From contig NIVC01000132.1 of assembly GCA_002269645.1 (NCBI GenBank), positions 62,001-126,000 of the forward strand: a stretch of DNA of 64,000 nt, in the 5' to 3' direction. This document shows, in pieces, positions 1-11,183 of this stretch (within the stretch, counting starts at the first letter, position 1; every line of letters begins with the position of its first letter). Made by a program: the position numbers and the translations under genes. The notes beneath the pieces were generated by a model. The model was not told the origin of the DNA. It searched no databases and saw only the letters and a list, made by a program, of their open reading frames with translations. The stretch comes from Macrostomum lignano. Taxonomy: Eukaryota.

Positions 1-293
1 GAGGCAATAATGAATGCACAGTTCCTATGGTATATCTTCTTCCAATCTCTCAATTAAACCCAGCAGTAAAATTGCCTAACCCTCGCTCTCATGCTCGCCG
101 CCGAATCCCATAAAAACTGGCAATCCCCCCGGGAGGCCTTGGCAACAGCAAACACAGCTGTATTGTTTTGGAGTGGCTCCGCTGTTTGCGATTATCATAG
201 CAAAGCTGTGCTATGGACTCGTTCTGGCGTACGTGAAAGGGTATTCAAAATTTAATGTTTACATAACCCAGTACTTCTTTTAACTGCTTTAGT

Positions 294-1927
294 CTCCAAC
301 TGACTGCGGCAGATTCTCCCCAACTGACTGCGGCAGATTCTCCCCAACTGACTGCGGCAGATTCTCCTCAACTGACTGCGGCAGATTCTCCCCAACTGAC
401 TGCGGCAAATTCTCCTCAACTGACTGCGGCAGATTCTCCCCAACTGACTGCGGCAGATTCTCCTCAACTGACTGCGGCAGATTCTCCCCAACTGACTGCG
501 GCAGATTCTCCCCAACTGACTGCGGCAGATTCTCCCCAACTGACTGCGGCAAATAGCAGATTCTCCCCAACTGACTGCGGCAGATTCTCCCCAACTGACT
601 GCGGCAGATTCTCCCCAACTGACTGCTGCAGATTCTCCCCAACTGACTGCAGCAGATTCTCCCCAGCTAACTGCGGAAGATTCTCCCCAACTGACTGCGG
701 AAGATTCTCCCCAACTGACTGCGGCAAATAGCAGATTCTCCCCAACTAACTGCGGAAGATTCTCCCCAACTGACTGCGGCAGATTCTCCCCAACTGACTG
801 CAGCAGATTCTCCCCAACTAACTGCGGCAGATTCTCCCCAACTGACTGCAGCAGATTCTCCCCAACTAACTGCGGAAGATTCTCCCCAACTGACTGCGGC
901 AGATTCTCCCCAACTGACTGCGGCAGATTCTCCCCAACTGACTGCGGCAGATTCTCCCCAACTGACTGCGGCAGATTCTCCCCAACTGACTGCAGCAGAT
1001 TCTCCCCAGCTAACTGCGGAAGATTCTCCCCAACTGACTGCGGAAGATTCTCCCCAACTGACTGCGGCAGATTCTCCCCAACTGACTGCGGCAAATAGCA
1101 GATTCTCCCCAACTGACTGCGGCAGATTCTCCCCAACTGACTGCGGCAGATTCTCCCCAACTGACTGCGGCAGATTCTCCCCAACTGACTGCAGCAGATT
1201 CTCCCCAGCTAACTGCGGAAGATTCTCCCCAACTGACTGCGGAAGATTCTCCCCAACTGACTGCGGCAAATAGCAGATTCTCCCCAACTGACTGCGGCAG
1301 ATTCTCCCCAACTGACTGCGGCAGATTCTCCCCAACTGACTGCGGCAGATTCTCCCCAACTGACTGCGGCAGATTCTCCCCAACTGACTGCGGCAAATAG
1401 CAGATTCTCCCCAACTGACTGCGGCAGATTCTCCCCAACTGACTGCGGCAGATTCTCCCCAACTGACTGCGGCAGATTCTCCCCAACTGACTGCGGCAGA
1501 TTCTCCCCAACTGACTGCAGCAGATTCTCCCCAACTGACTGCAGCAGATTCTCCCCAACTGACTGCGGCAGATTCTCCCCAACTGACTGCGGCAGATTCT
1601 CCCCAACTGACTGCAGCAGATTCTCCCCAACTATCTGCAGCAGATTCTCCCCAACTGACTGCAGCAGATTCTCCCCAACTGACTGCAGCAGATTCTCCCC
1701 AACTAACTGCGGCAGATTCTCCCCAACTAACTGCGGCAGATTCTCCCCAACTGACTGCGGCAGATTCTCCCCAACTGACTGCGGCAGATTCTCCCCAACT
1801 GACTGCGGCAAATAGCAGATTCTCCCCAACTGACTGCGGCAGATTCTCCCCAACTGACTGCGGCAGATTCTCCCCAACTGACTGCGGCAGATTCTCCCCA
1901 ACTAACTGCGGAAGATTCTCCCCAACT
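294..1927. repeat. 24-bp minisatellite (ACTGACTGCGGCAGATTCTCCCCA)n with occasional 31-bp variants (+AAATAGC)
   Basis: Direct tandem periodicity; the overlapping LPQSVGEN / GRICRSQL / SWGESAAV ORFs are translations of the same 24-mer. Confidence 0.97.
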
Positions 1928-2524
1928 GGTGCCTTTCACGTGACATCCACAACAGCGGAGACCCAGGAACCTGAGGCCAGGTTAATAAGCTTTCACTGGC
2001 TCGCTCACAACTGGATATTAGCCAAATTGCCTCGCCTGCAGCACGTGTTTGTCGTCAAATAATACAGAATGCCCATCTCATCTGGCTTTTCTGTCTCTAT
2101 GCTCAGGGACTTTGTTTCCCTACTGAAAACAGCCCCAGTGAAGGCATCTCATCCTCTGGCTGCCATGCGGAACTCTCGGCATCCAATCCATCAGCTGCCG
2201 TTCTTGTTTGTCCAGACTCTTCTAGCTAGGGACGTTCCATTTCCTGCGGGAGGAAGCTGCCGAGTTGATGAAGCCGCGACACTGCGAACTGAGGAGCGGG
2301 TATGAGGGAGCTATGGCGAGACTCGGCAGCTCCGCCCGCATGCCAAATTTGGAAAGTGGCGGCGCCTACTTCAATTTTGTTCGACGGATAATATTCATCC
2401 GAGCTTGGTCGAACTTTTAAGCTGCCCTCGTTTGGTCAAGGCGTGATGTGTGCGAAAAGGGATGCTAGTGAATTTTTTTGGCTTCATCTGCTGCATTAGA
2501 AATTACTAATAATTAGAGTTCTCG

Positions 2525-3000
2525 AATGCTGACATGCGCGAACTTAGCGTTGCTATGCGTGAACTTAGCGTTGCTATGCGTGAATGTTTTGTTGCTATGC
2601 GGGAATGTTTCGTTGCTATGCGTGAATGTTTCGTTGCTATGCGTGAATGTTTCGTTGCTATGCGTGAATTTTTTGTCGCTATTCGTGAATGTTTCGTTTC
2701 TATGCGTGAATGTTGCGTTGCTTTGCGTGAATTTTTCGTTGCTATGCGTCAATGTTTCGTTGTTGTGCGTGAATGTTGCGTTGCTATGTGTGAATTTTTC
2801 GTTGACATGTGTGATTGCTTCGTTGCTATGCGTGATTGTTTTGTTGCTATGCATGATTGCTTCGTTGCTATGCGCAAAAGTTTTGTTGCTATGCGTGAAT
2901 ATTTGGTTGGTATACTCGAAATTTTCATTGCTATGTCAGAACTTTCCGTTGCTATGCCTGAATCTTCCGCTGCTGTGTGAATGCTTCGTTGCTATGCACG
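2525..3000. repeat. Degenerate 21-bp minisatellite (ATGCGTGAATGTTTCGTTGCT)n
   Basis: Period of 7 codons (MRECFVA) in the ORF track; visible tandem units. Confidence 0.93.
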
Positions 3001-3084
3001 CATAGGCAACTAGAAGGACGCGAATGCACCCAATTTTTTAGAAACGAGCTGGGGTCGGTAAGGAAAGTACATTTGTCGTACATT

Positions 3085-3441
3085 TGCCCCGTTGCTATGG
3101 GCGAGTATCTAATCCCGAATTCCCCATTGCTATGGGCGAGTATCTAAGCCCGAATGCCCCGTTGCTATGGGCGAGTATCTAATCCCGAATGCCCCGTTGC
3201 TATGGGCGAGTATCTAAGCCCGAATGCCCCGTTGCTATGGGCGAGTATCTAAGCCCGAATGCCCCGTTGCTATGGGCGAGTATCTAAGCCCGAATGCTCC
3301 GTTGCTATGGGCGAGTATCTAAGCCCGAATGCCCCGTTGCTATGGGCGAGTATCTAAGCCCGAATGCCCCGTTGCTATGGGCGAGTATCTAAGCGCGAAT
3401 GCCCCGTTGCTATGGTCGAGTATCTAAGCCTGAATGCCCCG
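3085..3441. repeat. 35-bp minisatellite (GCCCCGTTGCTATGGGCGAGTATCTAAGCCCGAAT)n, about 10 copies
   Basis: Near-perfect tandem units seen directly. Confidence 0.96.
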
Positions 3442-4252
3442 TTTATCCGCACGCAATCATTTACTTTAGGGCGGCTTGGCGAGTGAAGAAGCAGTTGCAA
3501 CTTCCAAGTCTGCGGGCATTTTGTTAACAGACCTGTCGGACAAAAAGCAAGGGGGGCAGGAAAACGCGAATATGGATGAAAGGCATTTTCACTAGGCAGA
3601 GCGGTGGCTGTGCGCCCTGTAAAGGTGATCCATATTGGCGTCGCCAAGCATTTAGTTTAGACTGCCGTCCGGCATGAACCAGAGATAAACACCGGACAAT
3701 GGTTCTGTCCAGTGGTACACTGTAAGTTAGGTAGATAATACTACGTACATAATCCTCGTACTTGCTATATAACCCATCAAGTATTTTTGTTCTAGTATTA
3801 CACGGTAAAATTTTCATTGAGACGAGACCAAGCTTTATAATTTTATTGCCTATTGTCAGTTAATTGGTTGTTTTATTGCATCGCAAAATAATTCAAATTT
3901 CAGTTTGTTAAAATGATTGTCTATAGAGAACGGGCGCAGATGTAAAGGAATGCTTAATTTGCTGAGACTAAAGATTCGTTTTAATGATTGTGCATTTTTA
4001 AACTGATTTAGCAGGTGCGAGGTCACTATGACAAATTAAAAGACAGTTTTAATCCGCTAAAAGAGTAAGTTCAAAATTAAAAAGTTTAAGAAAACTGTCT
4101 TCAGAGGCGTCTGAGTGATGTCTTTACAGGTGTCTTTAGGCAGCTGGCGAGAGGCGTCCTTACGGAGGGAGAATTACAATTCTCTTTAAATTCATCTCAT
4201 AAGAAGTCTTTAAAGTTTCTGAAAGTTTTCGAAGCGACATTCGCACAGGCGT

Positions 4253-4565
4253 CTATAGATGTGTCTGTAGATGTGTCTGTAGATGTGTTTTTAGATGTAT
4301 CTGTAGATGTGTCTGTAGATGTGTCTGTAGATGTGTCTGTAAATGTGTCTGTAGATGTGTCCGTAGATGTGTCTGTAGATGTGTCTGTAGATGTGTCTGT
4401 AAATGTGTCTGTAGATGTGTCCGTAGATGTGTCTGTAGATGTGTCTGTAGATCTGTCTGCAGATGCCTGTAGATGTGTCTGTAGATGTGTCTGTAGATGT
4501 ATCTGTAGATGTGTCTGTAGATGTGTCTGTAGATGTGTCTGCAGATACCTGTAGATGCGTCTGCA
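4253..4565. repeat. 12-bp minisatellite (GATGTGTCTGTA)n
   Basis: Direct tandem periodicity just downstream of the GPCR stop codon. Confidence 0.95.
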
Positions 4566-4667
4566 GAGGTGTTAAAGAGGTGTCTGAGAGGATGTCTAGA
4601 GAGTTGAGAGGCGAAAAATTGCCCATGTCTGATCAGGTGTCAGCCATTCCGGTCCCAGCTCTCCAAT

Positions 4668-6920
4668 TTACACCTGCAGCTCGCAGTTGTTGCTTCTGGA
4701 TTTGAACTTCGTCCGTCGAGTTGTCGCCCTCAGCGTCCGCGTCTCCATCCCGGCGCCGTCGCCGCAGCCGTTGCCGATTCCGCCACAGGCGGCCCCGCCG
4801 GCGCCGCCAAGCCGTCCCCTGTTAGCCAATGCGCCGCCGCCTCCGCCGCCTCCGCCGACACCGCCTCTGCCGACGCCTCGAGCATTGCCGCCGCCGACAG
4901 CGCAGCAGCGACGCAGGAGGTGGCCGGTGGCCCGGCGGAATCGGCGGGAGGCCAGGTTGTACAGCACCGGGTTCAGGCAGTGGTTGGCGTACAGCAAAAT
5001 CGACAGGCATTGCGCGGTGACGTACAGACCGGCCTGCCCCAGCCCAGCCAGCAGGCTGTGAAAGCAGCTCCTGTGCGCCAGGCACAGGGCCAGACTGCGG
5101 TACGGCGCCACGGCGAGAAAGTACACGATGGCCACCATCAGGCTGAAGTACACCACCCGTTTCCGTTCGATGAGGGCGCCGCTGTTCACTCGGCAGGTTG
5201 TTCTCGGCGGCTGCTGAGGCCGCTGAGGCTGCCGGTCCTGCAATTGGATCTCCTCCTCCTGTCGGAAATGATGATGCCGCTGCTGCCGATGCCTGCGATG
5301 AGGCTTGTCCTCAGCCTCCTCGCCTCCCAGGCGACGGAATGAGTGGAGAAGTTTGTAGAAGATGGCGGAGTAGAGCAGCACGATGAGCTGCATGGGCAGG
5401 TACAGCTCCAGGCAGGTGTTGATTATGTAGAAGGTCTCCGGCGGCAGGCCGAGGATGCTCACCAGCCGCTTGTCCTCATCCGTGGCGTTCGGATTCACCG
5501 GCGACTGCGGCATGCCGCACACGTGCGACCAGCGGCCAGATCCGGAGCTGGAATTGCCTGCCGCTCTGTCTGGGATCGGCAGGTGCTTGGCGTTGGCGCG
5601 GATGAAGAACGGCAGCGTGACCAGCAGCGACAGCAGCCAGAGGCCCAGCATGACGGCGGCTCGGAGGCTGGCCCGGCCCAGCAGGGTGGGACCGCGCAGC
5701 GGCATCCAGATCACCACCAGGCGCTCTAGGGCGATCACGGCGATGGTCAGGCTGGAGGCCATGGTGAACAGGTGCTCAAATCCGTAAGCCAGCTGGCCTG
5801 CGGTTTGTTGTTTCAAGGAGGGTTGGGATGCCTGAGACTGGATTTCTTCTGCCTTCTTATTGTTGGGACTTGCCGTTTACGATTCGGGATTTGGGGTTTA
5901 GGGTTTGGGATTTGGGATGTGAGATTTGGGATTTGGGGTTTAGGGTTTTGGATTTGGGATGTGAGATTTGGGATTTGGGGTTTAGGGTTTGGGATTTGGG
6001 ATGTGAGATTTGGGATTTGGGATTTAGGATTTAGATATTGAATTTGGGATTTGAGATTTTGGGGTTGGGATTTGGGATTTGGGGTTTGGAATTTGAGATT
6101 TGGTGTTTTGGATTTCAATTTGGGGTATGGATTTGGGATTTTGGGTTGGGATGCCTGAGATTGGATTTCTTCTGCCTTCTTATTGTTGGGACTTGCCGTT
6201 TACGATTCGGGATTTGGGGTTTAGGGTTTGGGATTTGGGATGTGAGATTTGGGATTTGGGGTTTAGGGTTTGGGATTTGGGATGTGAGATTTGGGATTTG
6301 GGGTTTAGGGTTTGGGATTTGGGATGTGAGATTTGGGATTTGGGATTTAGGATTTAGATATTGGATTTGGGATTTGAGATTTTGGGGTTGGGATTTGGGA
6401 TTTGGGGTTTGGGATTTGAGATTTGAGATTCAGGTTTCGGGTTTGGGATTTCAGATTTGAGATTTGAGATTCAGGTTTCGGGTTTGGGATTTCAGATTTG
6501 AGGCTTTGAATTCGGGATTTCAGAGTTAGTTGATTACTCTGGAGTTAGGATTCGAGATTTCGGAGTTGGGACTGGTATTTATGATGTGGGATTCAAAGTT
6601 TCGTTGTTAAAGCATGTGGTTGATAATTGATTTAAGATTGTTAATGCTTTTGGAGTTGCACTGAGCAAGCACTCACACAGCAGGTCGGGCTTGTAGACCT
6701 CCTTGAACTCCTGCAGGATGCTGTGCGGCACGCAGATCAGCAGGGAGAGGAGGTCGGCAGCGGCCAGGTTCACCAGCAGCGCGTACACCCTGGTGTGAAG
6801 CCGCCTAGTGTTCACGATCACGAGTATCACAAGCAGGTTGCCCAGCAGCCCCACCGCCATGATGAGAATCTTGGCGGCGATAATTCCAGCTGTCAGAGCC
6901 TGGGCGAGGTGCTTCTGCAT
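4668..6920 (-). CDS. Class A (rhodopsin-family) peptide GPCR, TRH/ETH/neuromedin-U receptor-like; exons 6920-6677 and 5797-4668 (457 aa if it starts at 6920)
   Basis: Exon 1 has TM1 GNLLV and TM2 LAAADL. The GTGAGT donor (6676-6671) and CAG acceptor (5800-5798) join in phase 1 and rebuild the TM3 Cys (KPDLL-C-QLAYG). Exon 2 has ERL (DRY position), TM4 W, TM6 APYR and TM7 NPVLYNLASRRFR. An additional upstream exon is possible (acceptor-like CAG at 6963-6961). Confidence 0.9.
5813..6530. repeat. G/T-rich degenerate repeat (GGGATTTGGG / GGGGTTTAGGG) with an internal ~320-bp duplication, filling the GPCR intron
   Basis: 5821-6120 is repeated from about 6143; short GGG-rich units are visible throughout. 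Confidence 0.88.
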
Positions 6921-7444
6921 CTTTCTAGGAATTGTTTTTGCCGATGGGATTTCAAAGAGTCTGCATGAGAGACCGCCGCTAGCTGTTAGCTACATGTATT
7001 TATCGCTTTCTAGCTTTGTTCAGCCCGAATGCGCGGCCCGTCTATTGGCCCTCCCGGGCTTCTCGAGGTGCACCGCGGGGGGGGGGGAGGACCAATGCGA
7101 AGGGCAATGCAATTCCTTATTAGAACTGATTCCTGATTGCCGGGCAGCCTGGTGTCAGTATCGAATATCCAACTGGATCTGACAGCGGCTGGCTGGCTGC
7201 ATCTCCATCAGCAAAGGAACAGAAGCAGGCGTCTGCGCAAGTCTCGATAATTTATAATGATGTACTGATGCAAGTGACACCAGTTTCTTTCAAATGATTT
7301 CCCAGGGTCGATTTTAATCTTTTGATCTTTTAATCCTCTGGGTATCGTATTGCGAGGCTCATAGCTAGTGCAGTTGAGCTTTGATTGACATTAAATTCGT
7401 ATTATTAGCTGTGAGTTCATTTGGATTGAAAAATGAAGGACGCT

Positions 7445-7765
7445 CGGTTCTCTCGTTCTCTTCCTCTCCCATCTTACCTCTCCCCTCTCCTTCTCTTTAT
7501 TCTCCCCTCTCCCCTCTCTCCCCGCTCTCTCCTATCTCTCCCCTTTTCACCTCTCTCTTCTCTCTCTCCTCTCTCTGTCCTCTCTCCCCTTTTTACCTCT
7601 CTTCTCGCTCTCCTCTCTCCTCTCTCCTCTCTCCTCTCTCTCCTCTCTCTCCTCTCGATCCTCTCTCTCCTGTCTCTCCTCTCTCTTCTTTCTCCTCTCC
7701 CTTCTCACTCTCCCCTTTTTACCCGCTATCCTCTCTCCCCTGTCTCCTCGTTTCTCTCCCTCTAC
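7445..7765. repeat. CT-rich low-complexity tract
   Basis: Polypyrimidine (CTCT/CCTCT) tract; source of spurious Ser/Leu/Pro and Arg/Glu ORFs. Confidence 0.85.
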
Positions 7766-8016
7766 CCCAACTGTATCCCGCATTCACTTGCAACCAATTC
7801 TGGAAAAAGCAACTGTCAAGACAGAATATGTTAAAAAGAAGACGGCGCCAAGAAAAATCTTCCTTGGTCTCCCCCTGATAGAATTGTTTTGGCGCACTAC
7901 TGCGCACTAGTAGTTAGTCTGGCATTTGTCAAACGTAATTATTTCTTTTTATTCTTTTTATTCAAAATCGAAAACGCAATGAAAACTATCGATCTGTATA
8001 GTTCTGGCTGGAGTGC

Positions 8017-9429
8017 TTATCTGATCAGCGACTTTTTGACCGCAATTTCCTCCGGCCAATCGGCTGGGTTTTCCGGCAAGCGGCTGTCGCACTGCAGCAG
8101 ATTCTTCTTGCAGAAGCGCAGCGTCCTGCCCGGGAATTTGGTGCCGTCCGAGGCGCTGCCGGGGATGTGCAGCACCGCGCCAGTGTTGCGGTAGCGCTGC
8201 GCGTAGTCGGCCGCCGAGAACAGCGTGACGCAGCGGCCTTCGAAGCTGAACTTGCAGCCGTTCATGACGAACATGTGCGCCCGGATCAGCCAGTTCAGGC
8301 GGTGCCGGCGCAGGAAATTGAAGCAGGCGGCCTTGGTGAAGACGTACGAGCAGCCGCGAGGGTTCGGCATCCATTCGACTACGCCCTGCTGGCCGTCGGC
8401 GTTCGACGCGCTCTCCAGCATCGGCATCTGCGATAGGCGGAGCGACGGCGAGACAGTCGGCACGGCGGAGGTGGCCACCGTCGACCGCATGGTGCCCAGG
8501 GCGTCGCTGACTGCGTTCCGCTGCTCGATCCACTCCTCCGCAGTGCTTGGATAGACGGCCGGGCTGGGCATCTCGGCCACAATGTCCAGCGCGTCCGACC
8601 ACAACAGGTCGGCGATGAAATCGGACTTGCGAAAGTGCAGCGGCTTCGATGGCTCGTTGATCCGCCTGACCAGCTCGGCCTGGGACGCGGCGAAGCGCGG
8701 ATGGTTGAAGTATGGCGACAGGCCGCCGTGGCAGCAGAAGATCTCGCCGTTGACCACCGCGCACACGGGCAAGTAGCAGAAGGTCTCGTTGAAGTAGTTG
8801 CTGAGGTTCTGCCCGGCTGTCAGGCCGAATGTAGCGATGAGCTCGTCCTCGAAGTTGAAGTACCGATAGATCCGCCGGTCCTCGTGGTTGCCGCGCAGCA
8901 CAAACACGTGGCGGGGATGCAGCGCCTTGAGCAGCAGCAAGTACAGCACAGTCTCCAGCGACAGCGGTCCCCGATCGACATAGTCGCCGAGGAACAAGTA
9001 CGATCGAGCGGGCGGCCGGCCCAGCACTTCGATCAGCTTCACTAGCGAGTGGAATTCGCCGTGCAGATCTCCGAACATCACGATGGGGCCGGCCAGCTGC
9101 AGGCAGTTGGGCTCGGCCAGCAGCACGGACTTGGCCGTGGCCAGTGCGCCAGCAATCAGCTGGACGGTGAAGTCAGACGGCAGGCAGCGCTGCTGGAGTC
9201 CGGCATTGTGCAGCCGGCTGAACAGGCCGGCCACCGTCTCCGGCGGGTCGCTGTTGCCCGCGTTGCTGTCCGACTGCAGCGGCGGCTGCTGCTCGGGGAG
9301 TCGTTCGGAGGAGGCGCTGGCTGTGTCCTCGTCCTCCTCCGAGTCGACCAGTCGCCATTCGTTCACCTCGTCGCTGAGTAGGGCGGCGTCCGCGCTGGCC
9401 GGTTTCGGGCTGGACTGGCCTGGTGGCAT
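8017..9429 (-). CDS. Intronless divergent PPP-family Ser/Thr protein phosphatase (PP1-like), 470 aa
   Basis: All PPP signature motifs are present in order: GDLHG, GDYVDRG, LRGNHE, HGG, LLWSD, NPRG, IRAH, VTLFSAxxY. There is an in-frame TAA about 17 codons upstream of the ATG at 9429. Confidence 0.93.
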   Translation of the reverse strand: MPPGQSSPKPASADAALLSDEVNEWRLVDSEEDEDTASASSERLPEQQPPLQSDSNAGNSDPPETVAGLFSRLHNAGLQQRCLPSDFTVQLIAGALATAKSVLLAEPNCLQLAGPIVMFGDLHGEFHSLVKLIEVLGRPPARSYLFLGDYVDRGPLSLETVLYLLLLKALHPRHVFVLRGNHEDRRIYRYFNFEDELIATFGLTAGQNLSNYFNETFCYLPVCAVVNGEIFCCHGGLSPYFNHPRFAASQAELVRRINEPSKPLHFRKSDFIADLLWSDALDIVAEMPSPAVYPSTAEEWIEQRNAVSDALGTMRSTVATSAVPTVSPSLRLSQMPMLESASNADGQQGVVEWMPNPRGCSYVFTKAACFNFLRRHRLNWLIRAHMFVMNGCKFSFEGRCVTLFSAADYAQRYRNTGAVLHIPGSASDGTKFPGRTLRFCKKNLLQCDSRLPENPADWPEEIAVKKSLIR

Positions 9430-9763
9430 TGCTTCTTCGGCCGGCTTCTTCCTTGTTTTCCCAAACTGCTTTCGGCTGGATTAGTTTTTTTGCTGCATCC
9501 ATTGCTTCTTTCCTCTCTATCCTCTTTTGTAGCTATAATTGAGAGAGGCACCGTCTCGGCCATAGACATAGTCGCGGACTCGAACGGTCTGATTTTGAAG
9601 GCGTTCCAATTTTAGGAATTCCAACTGGCAATCCTCGACCCCCCGCTGGGAAGGGTCCGAAGGAAGGAATCGCTTTTTAATGAGCCTTGATTTATCAGCA
9701 ACGCACCCGTGGCCTCGCAAGCAATCTCTCCTAGAAACATTGCGTTCATCGTAACCATAACCC

Positions 9764-10130
9764 TGAGGGGGTCCTTAGACCAGCGGTCTAGCGCAGGCTC
9801 TGGTGTGCCAGCGACCCAGGCTCGATTCCAAGTGCAGTCATTAATTTGGGGCTGAATTGGAATCTCGGCTTGGCTCTGCTCGTGCAATTACCAGCCTTCA
9901 GGGCCAACCCCCAAGGCACAGTGAAGTTTACATGCCTAACGATAAAATAAAGTTAGGGCCGCTGTACACTCCTTGTGAGTGTGTGCCTGCGTACGTAACC
10001 GCGCTTGTATGCCTGCTCAGGGGAGTCGGCGGAATGGGCAGTAATGCCTCTCGCCGGTTGTGTGCCTATGTCACTTAAAGTGCGCCAGGGTGCACACAAC
10101 CCCCCTGCCTCTATAATAAAAAATAAAAAA
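9764..10130 (+). mobile_element. tRNA-derived SINE, copy 1
   Basis: A-box-like TAGACCAGCGG, B-box-like GGCTCGATTCC and an A-rich tail (10114-10130). Flanked by a CCATAACCC direct repeat (9755-9763 and 10131-10139). An inverted near-identical copy lies at 46303-46645. Confidence 0.75.
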
Positions 10131-10163
10131 CCATAACCCCCTAACCCTAACCCTAACCGTAAC
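10131..10163. repeat. Short degenerate telomere-like (CCCTAA)n tract
   Basis: CCATAACCCCCTAACCCTAACCCTAACCGTAAC seen directly. Confidence 0.6.
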
Positions 10164-10449
10164 TCTTTCCTTGGCATCTCAGCATTCCACATAGATCAAA
10201 GGCTAATTTTGAGCTAGGGAAATTTAATAAGAACTGATGAAATACAAGCTAATATTAACCATCTACGCAATTAGATCAGCATTTTTGGGAGCGTGTTTAC
10301 AAGAAAAAGTCTGCCATCCATTAGTACTTTGGGATTTTATCCCAAGTAAGCTGCTCAATTAGTGTCAATTAGTCCCTATGATAAGCTGTCTTTGAGGCTG
10401 GATAAGGCGGAATTAATTTGCTACTCATGCGTGCCGCCTCTGACTTCTA

Positions 10450-10760
<311 letters not shown>

Positions 10761-11183
10761 TAACGTTCTTTCCTGCTCAAAGGTTACCTGCAGTCACCCA
10801 GTATCAGATGCTGCAGATGCTGTCATTCCAGTTGCATCAGACAGGTGTCCTGACTGCCTGCCTGTCCGTCACTCTCAGTAAAAGATACGTGCGTCACGGC
10901 TTTTTACAGAGTAGTTTAGCCAGGAGATTAGCGGGAATCCGCGGCTTTGAAGGTGGATAAAACAGACGATGAGGTAAACAGCCTCCTGTGATGAATCCTC
11001 ATAAAATCAATCAAACCTGTGATTGCAAGCCGCTTCGGATTTTGCTGCTTTTTTCAAGAGAGCGGGGTGCCATTGCTTGCTGCTTATTTAACTGCGTCAT
11101 GAATTATTTCATAATTACGCTCGTACTTAATGACCTTCCGAACTCCAGGCCTACCAGCTCGGGTTTATGAAGCTTCCGGCCTG

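Noticed and set aside
252-1939. Long ORFs over tandem repeats (also 2513-3005, 4261-4626, 5772-6460, 14680-15278, 17152-17785, 18136-19665, 26976-28036, 29783-30814)
   Set aside because: They are open in several frames and on both strands only because the repeat unit lacks stops; most lie in introns.
3524-3817. 97-aa minus-strand ORF, and other 60-100 aa ORFs in the AT-rich region 33-50 kb
   Set aside because: No recognisable motifs, codon bias or splice context.
4687-5787. Plus-strand ORFs over the GPCR, and similar shadow ORFs over the phosphatase, gag, the 29-kb ORF and calmodulin (51756-52208)
   Set aside because: Antisense or alternate-frame shadows of GC-rich coding sequence.
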